Source of the DNA: Catajapyx aquilonaris
Lineage: Eukaryota
Length of the DNA: 64,000 nucleotides
NCBI GenBank assembly: GCA_000934665.2
Contig: KZ538485.1
Span: 1-64,000 of the forward strand
Direction of reading: 5' to 3'
Shown: positions 1 to 12,100 of the stretch, in pieces
Position numbering within the stretch: the stretch's first letter is position 1
Layout of the letters: each line of letters opens with the position of its first letter
The notes under the pieces: generated by a model
Database searches by the model: none
What the model was told of the DNA's origin: nothing
What the model saw: the letters and a program-made list of their open reading frames with translations, nothing else
Translations under genes and position numbers: made by a program

Positions 1-1397
1 GTGTATGGGGCCTGGTCAGAAGGTGCTTGGATGACGAACAAACGGGTGTATTGTACTATGTGCAAGTGAGAGCTGGGAACAGACCAACTGCTCGGTCTGT
101 TCCTACATAACAAGACAACAAGTCACCAGTTGTCTGGCAACTGGTTATACAATAATGACAGGCCACAACACCCATGTGAGTGATTTGATGAGTGAAGTCA
201 TCACCGAGTGACGTAACCAATATTGTTTGAGGTGAAAGTAACAATCGATTTTCTCCTCCAACAATACTGGTTACTCGGGTTACTCTGTGTTGTTATCACC
301 GGCGATGACATTGAGTGCTCAAATCGCTCACATGTAAATGCACCTTTACACCATCTGTTTTCTGCATTTTTTTCCACTTTGCACCATATTGACAAATATT
401 ATTTATTGTTTTCATGTGCTCTGTTCAATGTATCCAGGAGTCTTAATAGTTTGTGATGGGTTACAGAGCTGACCTTAATTCCTAGCCATGAATTGCCACA
501 CTACACCTGAGTGAGGCAGTTACCAGTGAGATGATTTTTGGCCAAGATGTCGTGAAGCAAGTGTAACAGGTGCTCCTTTACACTTGCCAAAAAAGTCATC
601 CTTTTTTGGTATAACGAGCAACAAGGAGACAGAAGGAACTTACAGATTTTTTCTGGTCCTGTGTAACTAACGGGTGAGCTCATTTTGCAATTTTGTGGGT
701 AGTTTCATTAAACAGCCTGCGGTAGTATGCATTATAAGCATACCACATAGAGAAAACTGTGTATTTGCTGCGAAAGTCGTGACTTGGCTATAACTGACCT
801 CGGTTATACAGTGAAACCTGTATAGCGGAATGGCATGGGACCCTAAAAATTTTCAATAATGAACAGGTTTATGCTATGTTCCATGCCATATTTTCAGTAA
901 TTCTTTACTGAGATTTTTTTGCTGGTGAGAAGGCCCAGGGGGAAAGGAGGAGGCAGACCAACTGGGTCATTATAAGCCACAATCTTCTTTGTTTCAAACA
1001 AGCCATCTCTCTGTTTCTCAACCAAAGTGTCCTTTCCTCACTAGTGTGTCTTCAAGGTCACGTGACTGATTGCTATGCCAGCAATAGAGATTCATGGTGT
1101 CAGAAAGTCTACATAAGGCTGGCACAGAGGCCTGAAGATTCAACTGGAGCTTCTATTTCCATGCTGGTGATTATGTCAACATTTTGATTTCTGTTACGAA
1201 CAGGGATTTTCTGTGAAGGAAGATTAAAAAATCCTTTCTGTATCCACGTTTGGCATGTTCCGTTATATCCATCCAGAAATACATTGCATGTATACCTGTT
1301 CCCCCCAAAAATTGTGTAATGAACAAGTTTCTGCTATGCTCAGGATCTGGGCTTCGGTGCAGTTTAGCCCCGCAAAAACCTTGCAGGTTTATATATA

Positions 1398-1803
1398 CAG
1401 GGTGGTCCAACTTTTTTGTCCGAACAGCTATCACACAGCTATTGACAAATTCGGCCTAAGCTGCTTATGTTGTAGTGCGTTACCTGGCAACCCCGGCCGG
1501 CGGGCCAATTCAAACATCAGCACATGGAGAGTGCTTAGTCGCACCTCTCAGAGTTGGAGTATGTGCAGGTTCTCATGGTGCTCCTCTGCCACTGGGGCCA
1601 GGTTAATTGTGTATTATTAGAGCCCTGGAAGCTCTTGGTCGGATATGGATATGGAATCGACAATGGAAAGAACACCACTCGTCTCCATGGGCTGATGTTT
1701 GAATTGGCCCGCCGGCCGGGGTTGCCAGGTAACTCACTACAACATAAGCAGCTTAGGCCGAATTTGTCAATAGCTGTTCGGACAAAAAAGTTGGACCACC
1801 CTG
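1398..1803. mobile_element. Tc1/mariner-type MITE, 406 bp, about 122-bp TIRs, TA target-site duplication
   Basis: TA|CAGGGTGGTCCAACTTTTTTG...CAAAAAAGTTGGACCACCCTG|TA; the arms differ by 2 substitutions and an 11-nt indel. Confidence 0.92.
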
Positions 1804-2736
1804 TATTTTCTGAATCTACTCAATGAGCTGAGTTGAATGACACTATTCCTAGTATGCCGAAATGTTTCGTTCAAGAGTAATTGAATTTTGAAATTGCAAG
1901 TAATAACAATGAATTAAATGAAAGTAAACAAGTATTCCTTTGTTGAATCTGTTCACTTCCATTGTTGCGTGAAGTCATTCTCCGTGGAAACGTGAGAGTT
2001 GCCATAGCAACGTGCTGTGAGGGATGCTGAATGATGTAAACAAGCGCGGTTGTTCTTGGTTCGTTGGATAGAGAGTGTGTATGAGTTTAATTTAACATCA
2101 TTCAGCATTTAACATCATGGCCGAGACATATCAGTGTGTATCTGGAATTGGACAAGCCTTGGGGCCAGCCTTCCTAGGAGGGAAGGAGGGAAGATGATGT
2201 CTCTTGGGCCACTGCTCGAGGCATCTTGCCCGCCAACAAGTGTTGCCGTAAAATGCATCCAAAGCTGTTTTTTAGGCATGCCCCACGCTGTTGTGTTGGT
2301 GTTATCTGTGAGGGGTTGGAGTGACTGCACCAGTACCGTCCATCTTGTGGCCCTGCCAGGCCTGTGTGTGATAATTTTAGTTAATGCAGAGCTAGGCGCT
2401 TACTGTAAGTTTTGAATCCGCAACATTTACTGTCCGTCTTGTGGCACCGCAGGCTAACGAACATTATTATGGCTTTATCACAGCCACATCACGCAACACC
2501 CCCATCTACACCACCACAAGGAGGACAGTAATGCTGTGAACACACAACCCCCAAATTGTGTTTAAAATTACCATGGAGATGCCTTCATTCAACAATGGGA
2601 GTAGGCTGTTCCAACAAAGGAACACTTGTTTATTTTCATTTATTCATTGTTATTACTTACAATTTCTTCCCCCCCCCCCTTTCTTTTTGCGATACTCCTT
2701 GCCACCTCTTAATGGGGGGGGGGGGGGGNGGGGGGG

Positions 2737-3032
2737 CTCATTGCCCCAAGCGATATTGATGTAGTTCAATATTGACTGCTGCCTTGTACGAAGTGCCCGG
2801 GCCCACGGGCAGGGTAACTAGGAGGGGATGTGCAAAGTGCAGTGCGAATGACTAATATGGGCACATTTTGTGATCTCCCCGGGTGGTTTATGTCAAGGAT
2901 CACCACCCTAGATGTAGCCAGAGATGACCCAGCTCTGCACGAGATAAAGGGGGGAAAGCCCGGGCTGGGGATCGAACCCGGGACCCTTATATCTGTGGTC
3001 GCGTACGTTACCGCAGTGCCACTACGTATCCC
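2737..3032 (-). mobile_element. tRNA-derived SINE, copy 1
   Basis: Minus strand starts GGGATACGTAGTGGCACTGCGG (A-box-like) ... GGTTCGATCCC (B box); the roughly 300-bp body aligns with 43711-44012. Confidence 0.8.
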
Positions 3033-3320
3033 ATTAAAATTTCAATAAATTACTCTTGAACCAAACATTTCTGCACACTAGGAATAGTGTTATTCAACTC
3101 AGCTCATCGAGTAGATTCACAAAATACATAGAAACCTGCATGACTTTTGCGGGGCTAAACTGCACCCTTACCAGGATCTGTTAGGGACCGGTTTCATTGT
3201 TACATAGACTTATTTTTATGGTCCTGTGAAGCCTGTGATATCAGGAGTCTCCTGTACAAATTACTGTAAGAGGGCAGGCAAACTGGGACCATTGCTGGCT
3301 TTGGAATGCAGTAACATTAC

Positions 3321-3640
3321 CTTCCACACTTTACGGACCGCAAGTTAGAAGTTAAGTGTGATGGTGACATCCCAGTTTGTGTCATTACCACACTATGAAA
3401 GGGGGCAATCCTGTTCCCTTGCACCATGTCCTCCTTACCCGGTGGTCCTTCCTCTGAGGAGCTACGGTGCAGCTCTTCCTCTTCTGCAAGTGGCTCAGCT
3501 GGATCCTGGCCACCATCACCGGGGCTGCTGGTGCTTCCCTCCCCCGTGTTGTTGCTGCTGGTGCCGGACCCCCCTTCCTCTTCCTGGTCCGACAGAGGGC
3601 CAGATGGACTGGACGCAACCTGTCCCTCCGAACCCGCCAT
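3321..3640 (-). CDS. Probable first coding exon of an unidentified gene (acidic, Ser/Gly-rich N-terminus)
   Basis: aagATGGCG start context inside a GC-rich open frame (3317-3901); MAGSEGQVASSPSGPLSDQEEEGG...SNLRSVKCG(R) ends at a good donor AAG|gtaatg; CpG-rich promoter-like sequence at about 3830-3960. Product not recognised. Confidence 0.55.
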
Positions 3641-4502
3641 CTTCTTATCTGTCCACAATCCGAGCACCTCCGACTTGGAAGCCGGCACAGGATGGAACGT
3701 GATGAACCCTGCAGCTCCCTTCCCCCCTGCACTATCTCTACCTGTCTGGTGGTCTCCCCTCCCTTCCCCGGCAACCCCCAACACAACTCCCTTCGACCCT
3801 TTCCTTTCTTCTGCTCGCCCCTTTCCCTCGCTCGTGGTGTCTGCTGCGGCGGCACGCCGGCACCGGAAGTGTTTCACGGTGTGTCTGTGTGTACCGGTCA
3901 CAGTACCGGTTTCGGCCCAGCTCCCGCCACATACGCTCGCTCAGGGGCGCATAATGTTTCAATCGTGGTTTTAATTTATGAAGGTACCTCGGAGGTTGGA
4001 ATTATTTTTATTTTTAAAATTATGTCGCCCACCCAAGTCCCACCCACCCACTCCCACCGCCACCTAGAGACAAGGTGAATCCAACCAGGTGGGCTACTAC
4101 TTCCATGCCAGGTGTATGGGAAGAAGCCTAACGTACAGGGGGAATAATAAGAGCTTATCAGGCTTGCGGGTGGAATACCACTAGGATTTTTTTTTTAAAG
4201 GTTGGCTTGCACGTAGGACTGTGCATAACACATAATTGGGCCATCAATTTCCCTTATTTGAGAGCATCGTGTCACAGACTCTTCATCCTCTTGAAGCAGG
4301 AGCCAAGAGATATAATTGTCAGGACTCAGGAGGAGGAAATGAAATTACTGCGTGTATCATACAATCGCAGAATTTCCAAATCCAATAATCGACATTTACG
4401 GGGACTCCGCCGGATGACACACATTACGTGGCTATTTACATAAATAGCAGTGAGGATGACCTCTAGAAATGGCAGCACACAACCTTTTAGGAATCTCAAC
4501 TC

Positions 4503-4508
4503 TTTATT
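4503..4508 (-). terminator. Candidate distal polyadenylation signal (AATAAA) for the RGS transcript
   Basis: tttatt on plus; other minus-strand AATAAA candidates lie near 6668, 6911 and 7021. Confidence 0.3.
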
Positions 4509-7500
4509 CATAATGCTAATGAATATACATAAAATACAACGCTCTATGCCAATTTTCTTTGTTTTCTTTTTTTTCTCTTTAGTTTTCAACCTGTTCACGT
4601 ACGTACTTGCGTCGTAACCAACCAACAAGATAAATCAGGAATCTACTTTGGATGAGGTTTGGGGAGAAGGAAATAGCATCTGAGGCCTAACTATCATTTT
4701 GAAAAAGTTTTGGGGGTGTTCACGGGACAAAACAAAGCTCTCTAAGTACACATCTCCCAACGAAAGGTTCGGAACCTTCCGCATGGGAATTTTTTGCTTC
4801 TTACTTTTCCCGTTCAAAACCAATAGTACTCTGGAACTATAGTCAACATCGAGGAGACACGTGTGAACATCGACAACGATCAAGAGGAACAAGACATTAA
4901 CTACAGCATGAAATAACAACCAGGCTTTTTCTTCTTCAAAAGAATAGTTGAAATACTAGACTGATGTTTTTTTAAGGGGGGGAGTTTAGGTTTTTTTGGG
5001 TGGAATTATTTTGTTATTTTACATATTTTGACTCTCTTTTTTCGAGTTGATTTGCAAAGTCCTGCCACGTGTGTTTTTTTCTCACCTCTCCGAGGGATCA
5101 AAACACCAACGTATATGAGAACAAATCTTTGGCTTTGATGATGACGATGATTGTAATGATGCAAACACCAATGATGATTTTCCACATTTGGAAAATACTG
5201 TACTTCAACAACCTTCAACAATACCGAAGAAACATATTCCTCTTTTTTTTTTACAATCTTCTTTTTTTAAATTTTTTTTAGTTGGTCCTCTTCAAAGTCA
5301 CTTCGCCCCGTAAATGCATATCGAGTCGTTGATTTTTTTCGTCCGATTTGTGGTGGTAACCGAACTCACAACACACTCCCGAGGACAAACCGAAAAGATA
5401 AATAAAGACCACGAACACAACAGTAGCTCAGTTCGCGACACACTAGATTCTAACCCAAACTTTTTGTCTTCCAGTTGAACCGAACAACATCATGTTCTTT
5501 TTTTTAAACTATTGCTGCATTAGACAATATTGCACTAGTTTTAAGTAAACGCTGGAATGTAAACCTCGTTTTCTTAAGTACATGCAAAAAAGTTCTTGCA
5601 TAAAAAGTCACAAAAAATGTTTGAAACATCTGCCTTTGGTAGTTCAGAGAAAGTTCCAATGGAATCGTGAAAAATACGGTCGAGTATATTGCTTGTTACT
5701 CCTGCAAATAACAATGGCTACATGGCCTTTTCCGTTGCACAATAGTATCGAAGAGGATCACGCAGGAGACATGGTAACCTGCTTCGCCTCCACTGCATTT
5801 CCCACGAAATGATAATACCCAAAAACAATACCCACAATAATTACAACACCCATGCGCTTGAACCAGTCAGCCAGAAAACCACAACTTGATATGATGAATA
5901 TAACGAGAACCTTGCTAAAACGTCATGTACTGCACCTACAAAATGCTCTTTTTTAAATATGATAAGCAAGAGTAAGAAATGTACCAGCACTACCGATTGA
6001 CTAAACGCAGAAAAAGTGTCGATATGCTATTAAATCACTCATTTTTTGTCTAAAATTAATGTTTAAGAGCAAATTACGCCGCATGAAAAAGTTGTTTTAC
6101 GTAGTAATGTTGCAGGCTTATCGTACTTTCTTGTTCGTAAATTCTTTACAAGCTGTAATTTACACATCGCCAGTCCAGCTAGGTTTTTGAAACTGACTTG
6201 TACTTTCTAATTTACTACAGTACTATATGGATATATTTTATAGAAATGAAGCTGAAATATGTAGAAAAAGGGAATAGAGTACTTTATATCCTATCATCAA
6301 ACTGCATTTTGCAGTACTGTGAGGTAGTGTGTGGGCATTACTGTTCATGAACTTGAACAAAACCATGTTATTATGTAATATCGTCAGAACAATATGGAGC
6401 CAGCCTTATGCTGTCTAGATATACCGTCAAATTGACACCAATTCAAAATGTCACTCGACCCTTAACCCAATATGAATGTATCATTCTGCCTTGCAACTCC
6501 TCATTCAACGTATAACAGCAAGGCTTTCGTTATAACCACTACCAAGTTCCAACAAAGGCCAAAAAAGCAACATTTTATGACAACTGATCACTGCGACTTT
6601 CGCGCAAGCACCTTCCGAAACTAATCGCACCCAGAAGTACACGCAGGTAAAGGAACTAGCATATAGCTTTATTTTCTTTTAGGAACGGGGTATGCCTGGC
6701 CCTTTACTTTGTGACTAGAAAAGCCCTGCACCATTTGTCTACGCAACTCCGCGTCAACACGTTCCCATCGAGTTAAGCAACCGGCAATGATGACGATGTT
6801 ACCCAGGGTACCTGACGGTAATTTTGAAAACGGCTGTGCACTCGCGGAACGTGTTCCAAAACAGCGATCTCAATGGGCCTATTATAGTCACCGACTCCTA
6901 TAACCTAAATTTTATTATTTGCATCAAGGCAGTGCGTAGGCTTTTGCGCAGTAAATATGCTATGGAAAGATGTTGACTGCTCGTTTCCTCCACCATTTTC
7001 TTATCAGTCTTTCCGTTGTTTTTATTTTGGCCATTTTTGTGACTAGTTGCTTTTGGGCGGCCATTTTTTTTGGCTGCGTTTACTGGCATTGCAGTAGCGA
7101 GTAAACAGGCTATCTCGTGTGATTACATGGTAACATCGGACGAGAAAATTGCGTTCAATCACCACAGCACTGTCAGGGCCTTCACGCTTGGCTTTGAAAG
7201 CAGTCGTTTGACTAGTACACTGGCAACAAAGCCGGTTCTGCCGTGACGTGGCATGGTCCAGACCGTGCCCAATTAAGCAATAATCGCGACTAAAACCAGG
7301 TTTCCGATATTCCAACGTTCAGCAGTTGACGAGGTAGATCCCACCTTGCCTTGCATCCTTGAAGCCTCAACATGCGTGCCACAGTCAAATTGCACGGAAA
7401 AGAAAGTAGACAGAAAGAAAAGACAGAATCAAAAAAAAAAATGACTTTCTCTGGAACACGCAGGAATGAGCAACCACCTTTGTTTTTCATGGAACTGACT

Positions 7501-8887
7501 GATACTATACGATTCCTCTTCTTTGGCTTAACAACTATTGGGTCGGGTGTGTGTATGTATGTGTGAGATAGTAGGTGGAGAGAGTGGAAAGGAGGGTAAT
7601 TATCCACACTGCAGAAAAGTGCGAGGAAGGACACTTTCGACCACCTCAGTTTGGATGCACACATTGTTCCACGAGGTTTCGGGAGTTGTAAGCGGGGGAA
7701 GGTGTTGTGGGGACAGGTAGTCACAACTGTTAGGGCAAATAAATAAATTAATTGATTAACACGTGTTCCTGTACACAAGCACTAGAAAAATGTTTCCTTT
7801 GAAGGAGGGATGAGGGGGGAGAGGTGGGGTTTGGGAGAAAGGAGGTTGTGACCCATGATATGAGTGTGCACATTATGACACACGCACTGTTTGGGCGGGT
7901 GTGGGGGAGGGAGCGGGGGGGATGTGCGTTTGGATGGCTGCTTCCAGCACTGGAGAGAAGAGTCCTGGCGTCGTGTTGATAGCCGCCAGCTGAGGAACAA
8001 GAGAAGAAGTCAGTATACATCAGTATCGTACATGCTGAAAAGTGTCACTATACAAATATACTTTCTTTTGTATTCTTGAAGTAACACACTTTTAGCACCC
8101 AGCTCTAATAAATGCGGAGTGGTTCTAGTCATTAGTGGATTATGACGATATTCATTTGGTTACAGTATGCCTATACAGTATATTACTTCACACTTTCACA
8201 GCAGTACAGTATTGTGCTGGATCATTGGCAGCTTGAGTATGTCGGCCCATATAATTACAGGTGGAGATTAATGCGGGATTCAAAGGTATTTTAACTTGTA
8301 TGTACTGTACCATTTTACACAGTACGTCTCAGGAATAAAAATGTTTGTATAACTCATACTTGTGACCATCAGCTCCCTTATCCTAAGAAACATAATCCCA
8401 TGAAGTGAACCCGAGAGTGTTAGGTTCTTCATTTATATTTCCGTTTGAGAAAGACTTGCATGCATTTTGATGTAATTATTGGGTAGACAGTAAATCCCGC
8501 ATGTAGGACGTTTCCTTTACCTATTGCTATGCCAACAAACTCTCTACATCATTTTCGGCTGGTAAGTTCCATTATTCCGTTCAGTTTCGGTAACATAATC
8601 ATGGTAATGTTATCCTACTGATACGGCTACCCTCCAACCACCCGTGGCTGCCGGGTTGACTACTTAGCAGGAGGCGTCTTTTTTGCCCATGAACAGTGGT
8701 CCATATACCACATGGAATTCTCGAGTGTAAGCGCGTCAAGCTTCACAGACGCAGAACTATGCAATGAAAATTTCGGCAACACTGTCCCCAGCAAAACTTG
8801 TGCGCCATGCCAGTGGCTAAAACCTGTACAGACTCGCCGGTTCCAAACTTGTGCCAAGTGAAACAAGTGAAATAAGTAAGATTCACC

Positions 8888-9157
8888 TCAAGCATTGCTC
8901 TGCTTGCGACTACCCCCTCCAGAAGTGGAACCTCTTCCTGTGTCCTTGAAAGTGCCTTCTTTGGAGTCCGCACCCGAAGTGCTTCCATTGTTGTTCAACT
9001 GAGCCAACTTCTTGTAGACGCCCGAGTTGATGAACCGCGGGTAGGAATCGCGGTGCATCAGCGTGTAGATCTGCATCTGAGCCTCGTCGAAAGTGTTGGG
9101 GCTGGGGTCCACCATGTTGCGGTTTATCACTTCTCTTACCCGAGAGTCCAGGCTCAC
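8888..9157 (-). CDS. RGS20: RGS terminal coding exon
   Basis: aatttcag|GTG AGC CTG...; VSLDSRVREVINRNM...LMHRDSYPRFINS...GSRKQSNA*. Confidence 0.95.
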   Translation of the reverse strand: MSLDSRVREVINRNMVDPSPNTFDEAQMQIYTLMHRDSYPRFINSGVYKKLAQLNNNGSTSGADSKEGTFKDTGRGSTSGGGSRKQSNA

Positions 9158-12100
9158 CTGAAATTACATCAGTAACCCAAATTAGACTCGGTTCTAAAGA
9201 TTGTGCTGCGTCACATTAGACCTGTTCGTTCCTATGGATAAAATTTAGTCCAATTTTATCATAGTGTTATATACAGTTTTTCGCAAAACCCTGTGGCACA
9301 ACCATCACACTAATAGGAAATCAACCCCATTACGTTACGATAACAGCGCACGTGCCTAGCTAGGCCAGCATATCGACATTTTATTCTTCCACTGATTTTC
9401 GTAGGTGATTACTTGGAAACGAGGCCACATACGTGGCACTTGATAAATAATAAGCTTGCTCTCCACAATAACACATGTTGTCCGAGCTATAATGACAGAG
9501 TGGTCACCAACCACGTTTTCAATATTATTACGCAGCATTTGGTTTTTCACCCTTGACACTCCAGTACTTCTCCGAAAATGTCGAGTAATCTTCATGGACG
9601 GGCACTCCAAGTTGAAAGGTGGCACTTTGGCCAGATGAAGTGTGTTCACAGCCTCCACTTTTTCGCGTGCTGAAATCTGCGGCGCCTCAGAATCAGCGAG
9701 CAGCAATTTTAATCCCAAATGCAGCAACAGCATTTTGCACCAAAAGTGGCAACGTGCCTTAGGGTACGTGGCGCTCCAGGTATTTTCGCAGCTGTTAAAT
9801 CGGGTGTTCCGTTCACGTTCCAAATAAATTATTCCTGCATGCGTCCTCTAACTCGCATTAACGCTTTAAGGGAGGGATTACCAAAAATCTGTGGGAGCTG
9901 AACACTGCGTTAGCACAGTATGAGAGCAGACGATGATGATCAAAAATTCACTGATGGTGCGGTTAGATTATGTATGGACGTAAACATAAGCAACATAAAA
10001 GTACTGTACGTATTACCATTCTTGCTTACTTTAATATTTGATTAATCAATTTTTGTCCGCTGCAAACAATATGAAAATCCTATAAACGGGCAATGCTATG
10101 TTTCACAGTAACGAAAAATGGGGCATGCATATGTCATACTACCTCAACAGTGTTTAAATAAACACACATCAAACGCTCCATGGGCAGTAACTAAAAATTT
10201 GATAATATCAATTTCACCGTATCATTCTACAATGTGTGGCCTACGTCCGACAAAAAATACGATTCAAATAATAATGAACAAATCCTTACAGCTCAGAGCA
10301 ACCTGTTATAATAAATTATGTGCATATGATACTGTACCATGAAAACAAGTCACGATTAAAATGTTTTGCAAAATTAATATAACGTGCATTAGAAAAAAAG
10401 CAATCTCGCATTCGTCTATCGATCAATGAACGATCGATCAATCGAGGCATGTCTTCATGTCAAACCCATCTTGCAAAAGCTGTGCCAGTCAATTCACTTG
10501 TCATCTGTTGTATTAATATAACATTGTATATGGCCGCTTTTGTAAAAGCCAGCATACGCAATTATTCCGGCCTCCCAGTCGAAAAAAACTAAAATTGAAT
10601 AACCGGGAATTGAAATCGACATCGTGAATTGAGAAGATAACGAACGTTAACGAAGAGCTGCAGGAAACATGGTGAAAATATGAGTGCTCCAGGCAAATGG
10701 ACCTGTTACACACGGGCTTACTTTGCAAGCAAGACAAACCGATCAGGCAGCAAGAGCGAGCGCTTTCCATACCGTCTCGTCGCAAAAGCGTCCATCTTTC
10801 GCCAACGGATATATATGTTTCTTGGCTTGTTGACTTAGGAAGAAGGAAAAGGGACCTGCGTGTAGGAAGCCCGAGATGAAAATCCTACATCGCCAGAAGA
10901 TAGTCCTTTGGAAAGTTATAGCCATGTCATTTCCATGACATCCTAAAAAATTTTATGCAGCAGGCAACTGGATATAGAAACAGACCTTTCGATTGATGTA
11001 TTGGCTGCCTTTGCCTTTCAGAAACCACATTCCTACAGCCCAGTTTCCGTGCCGAACCAAGTAGGATAAGTTCCACCCACAAACTCTTTGCATATAACCG
11101 GACGTACCACGGTCCTTAATAATAGATGAATTCACGAGCGTGTCCGACTTTTTCTTCGGCTGCAGCGTATAGCATTAGGACGGAAGCAAAGGCATAACAG
11201 TGCATTATTTCACATCCCAGATAAGATTGTCGCTTCCAGGTAAAAAAGAGTGGCAGGATATTGGCGTGTTGGGATTAGTCCAAGCTCCCTGATGGTTTTT
11301 TGACACTCCCTGTAGTTAAAGTGGTAAGTAAATACTGCTGGCAAATGTAATTGCTCACCAGGCTGCTCCACTTGTTGCCATGGCATGGAAATGCAGCAGC
11401 GGAGATTTTTATTTCATGGGATTCGATTTTGGGGTGCACGCAGTTTTGCTGCAAAATGCATTCCGAAGCAGATGTGGGTCGCTTGAGACATGTTATATAT
11501 TTCCAGCCACCCATTTTGACTATGCGTCTGTTTCAAATGGGTCAAAATGGCTACCCCTTCTGCCTAATGGGGTCCCGTTATTTTTTATTGTGGCGCAGCG
11601 CATCTGTTTGGGCGTCGGCAAGGCGACTACTGAAAGAGGAACCCTGTTTTGCAATCCACAGCAACCCAGGTAACTTGAGAACTCTGCATGGTTCAGCCAG
11701 ACACAGATTTTCAAGAGAAGCCGCCTTCTTACAATCTGTGTCAACCCACCGTCAAAGCCGCAGTGGCAACTACTGCCTAAGCTGATGCAGTTAAAGTGAT
11801 CCAGGATATGCGACTCTAAAAATTTACGACCGGTTTTATGAAGCTCGGTTAAGAGCTAACGGAAGTTCAATCATCAGTTAAGGGTCTCTAACTGAGGATT
11901 CAACTTCAGTTAGCTCCTAATTGAGTGTCATAAAGATGACCCCCCCTCTCTAAGCTTTTGAAATGTGTTCAGCAGTTATGTTTTTTATTTCAAAATAATG
12001 ACATTTGTAGGATGTATAATATGTGTAGCTATAAACTAACTCTTCCAATATCACATTTTTATACTGGCTCCCTCACATGTCCCTGAAACAAGCTTTCGTG

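Larger units (their letters stand above)
809..3254. mobile_element. Older degenerate long-TIR element (pogo/Tc1-like termini) containing nested insertions
   Basis: About 1357-1890 (MITE removed) is the reverse complement of about 3040-3166. Outer ends TA|CAGTGAAACCTG (809) and CAGGAGTCTCCTG|TA (3254) share GGACC.TAAAAAT in inverted orientation. Outer boundaries uncertain. Confidence 0.55.

Noticed and set aside
2960..3032. tRNA gene
   Set aside because: No intact acceptor stem or cloverleaf, and it continues into a body shared with a second copy, so it is a SINE head.
6781..6818. Box C (ATGATGA) and box D (CTGA) with a short terminal stem
   Set aside because: Only 18 nt between the boxes, too short for a C/D snoRNA, and antisense to the inferred host transcript.
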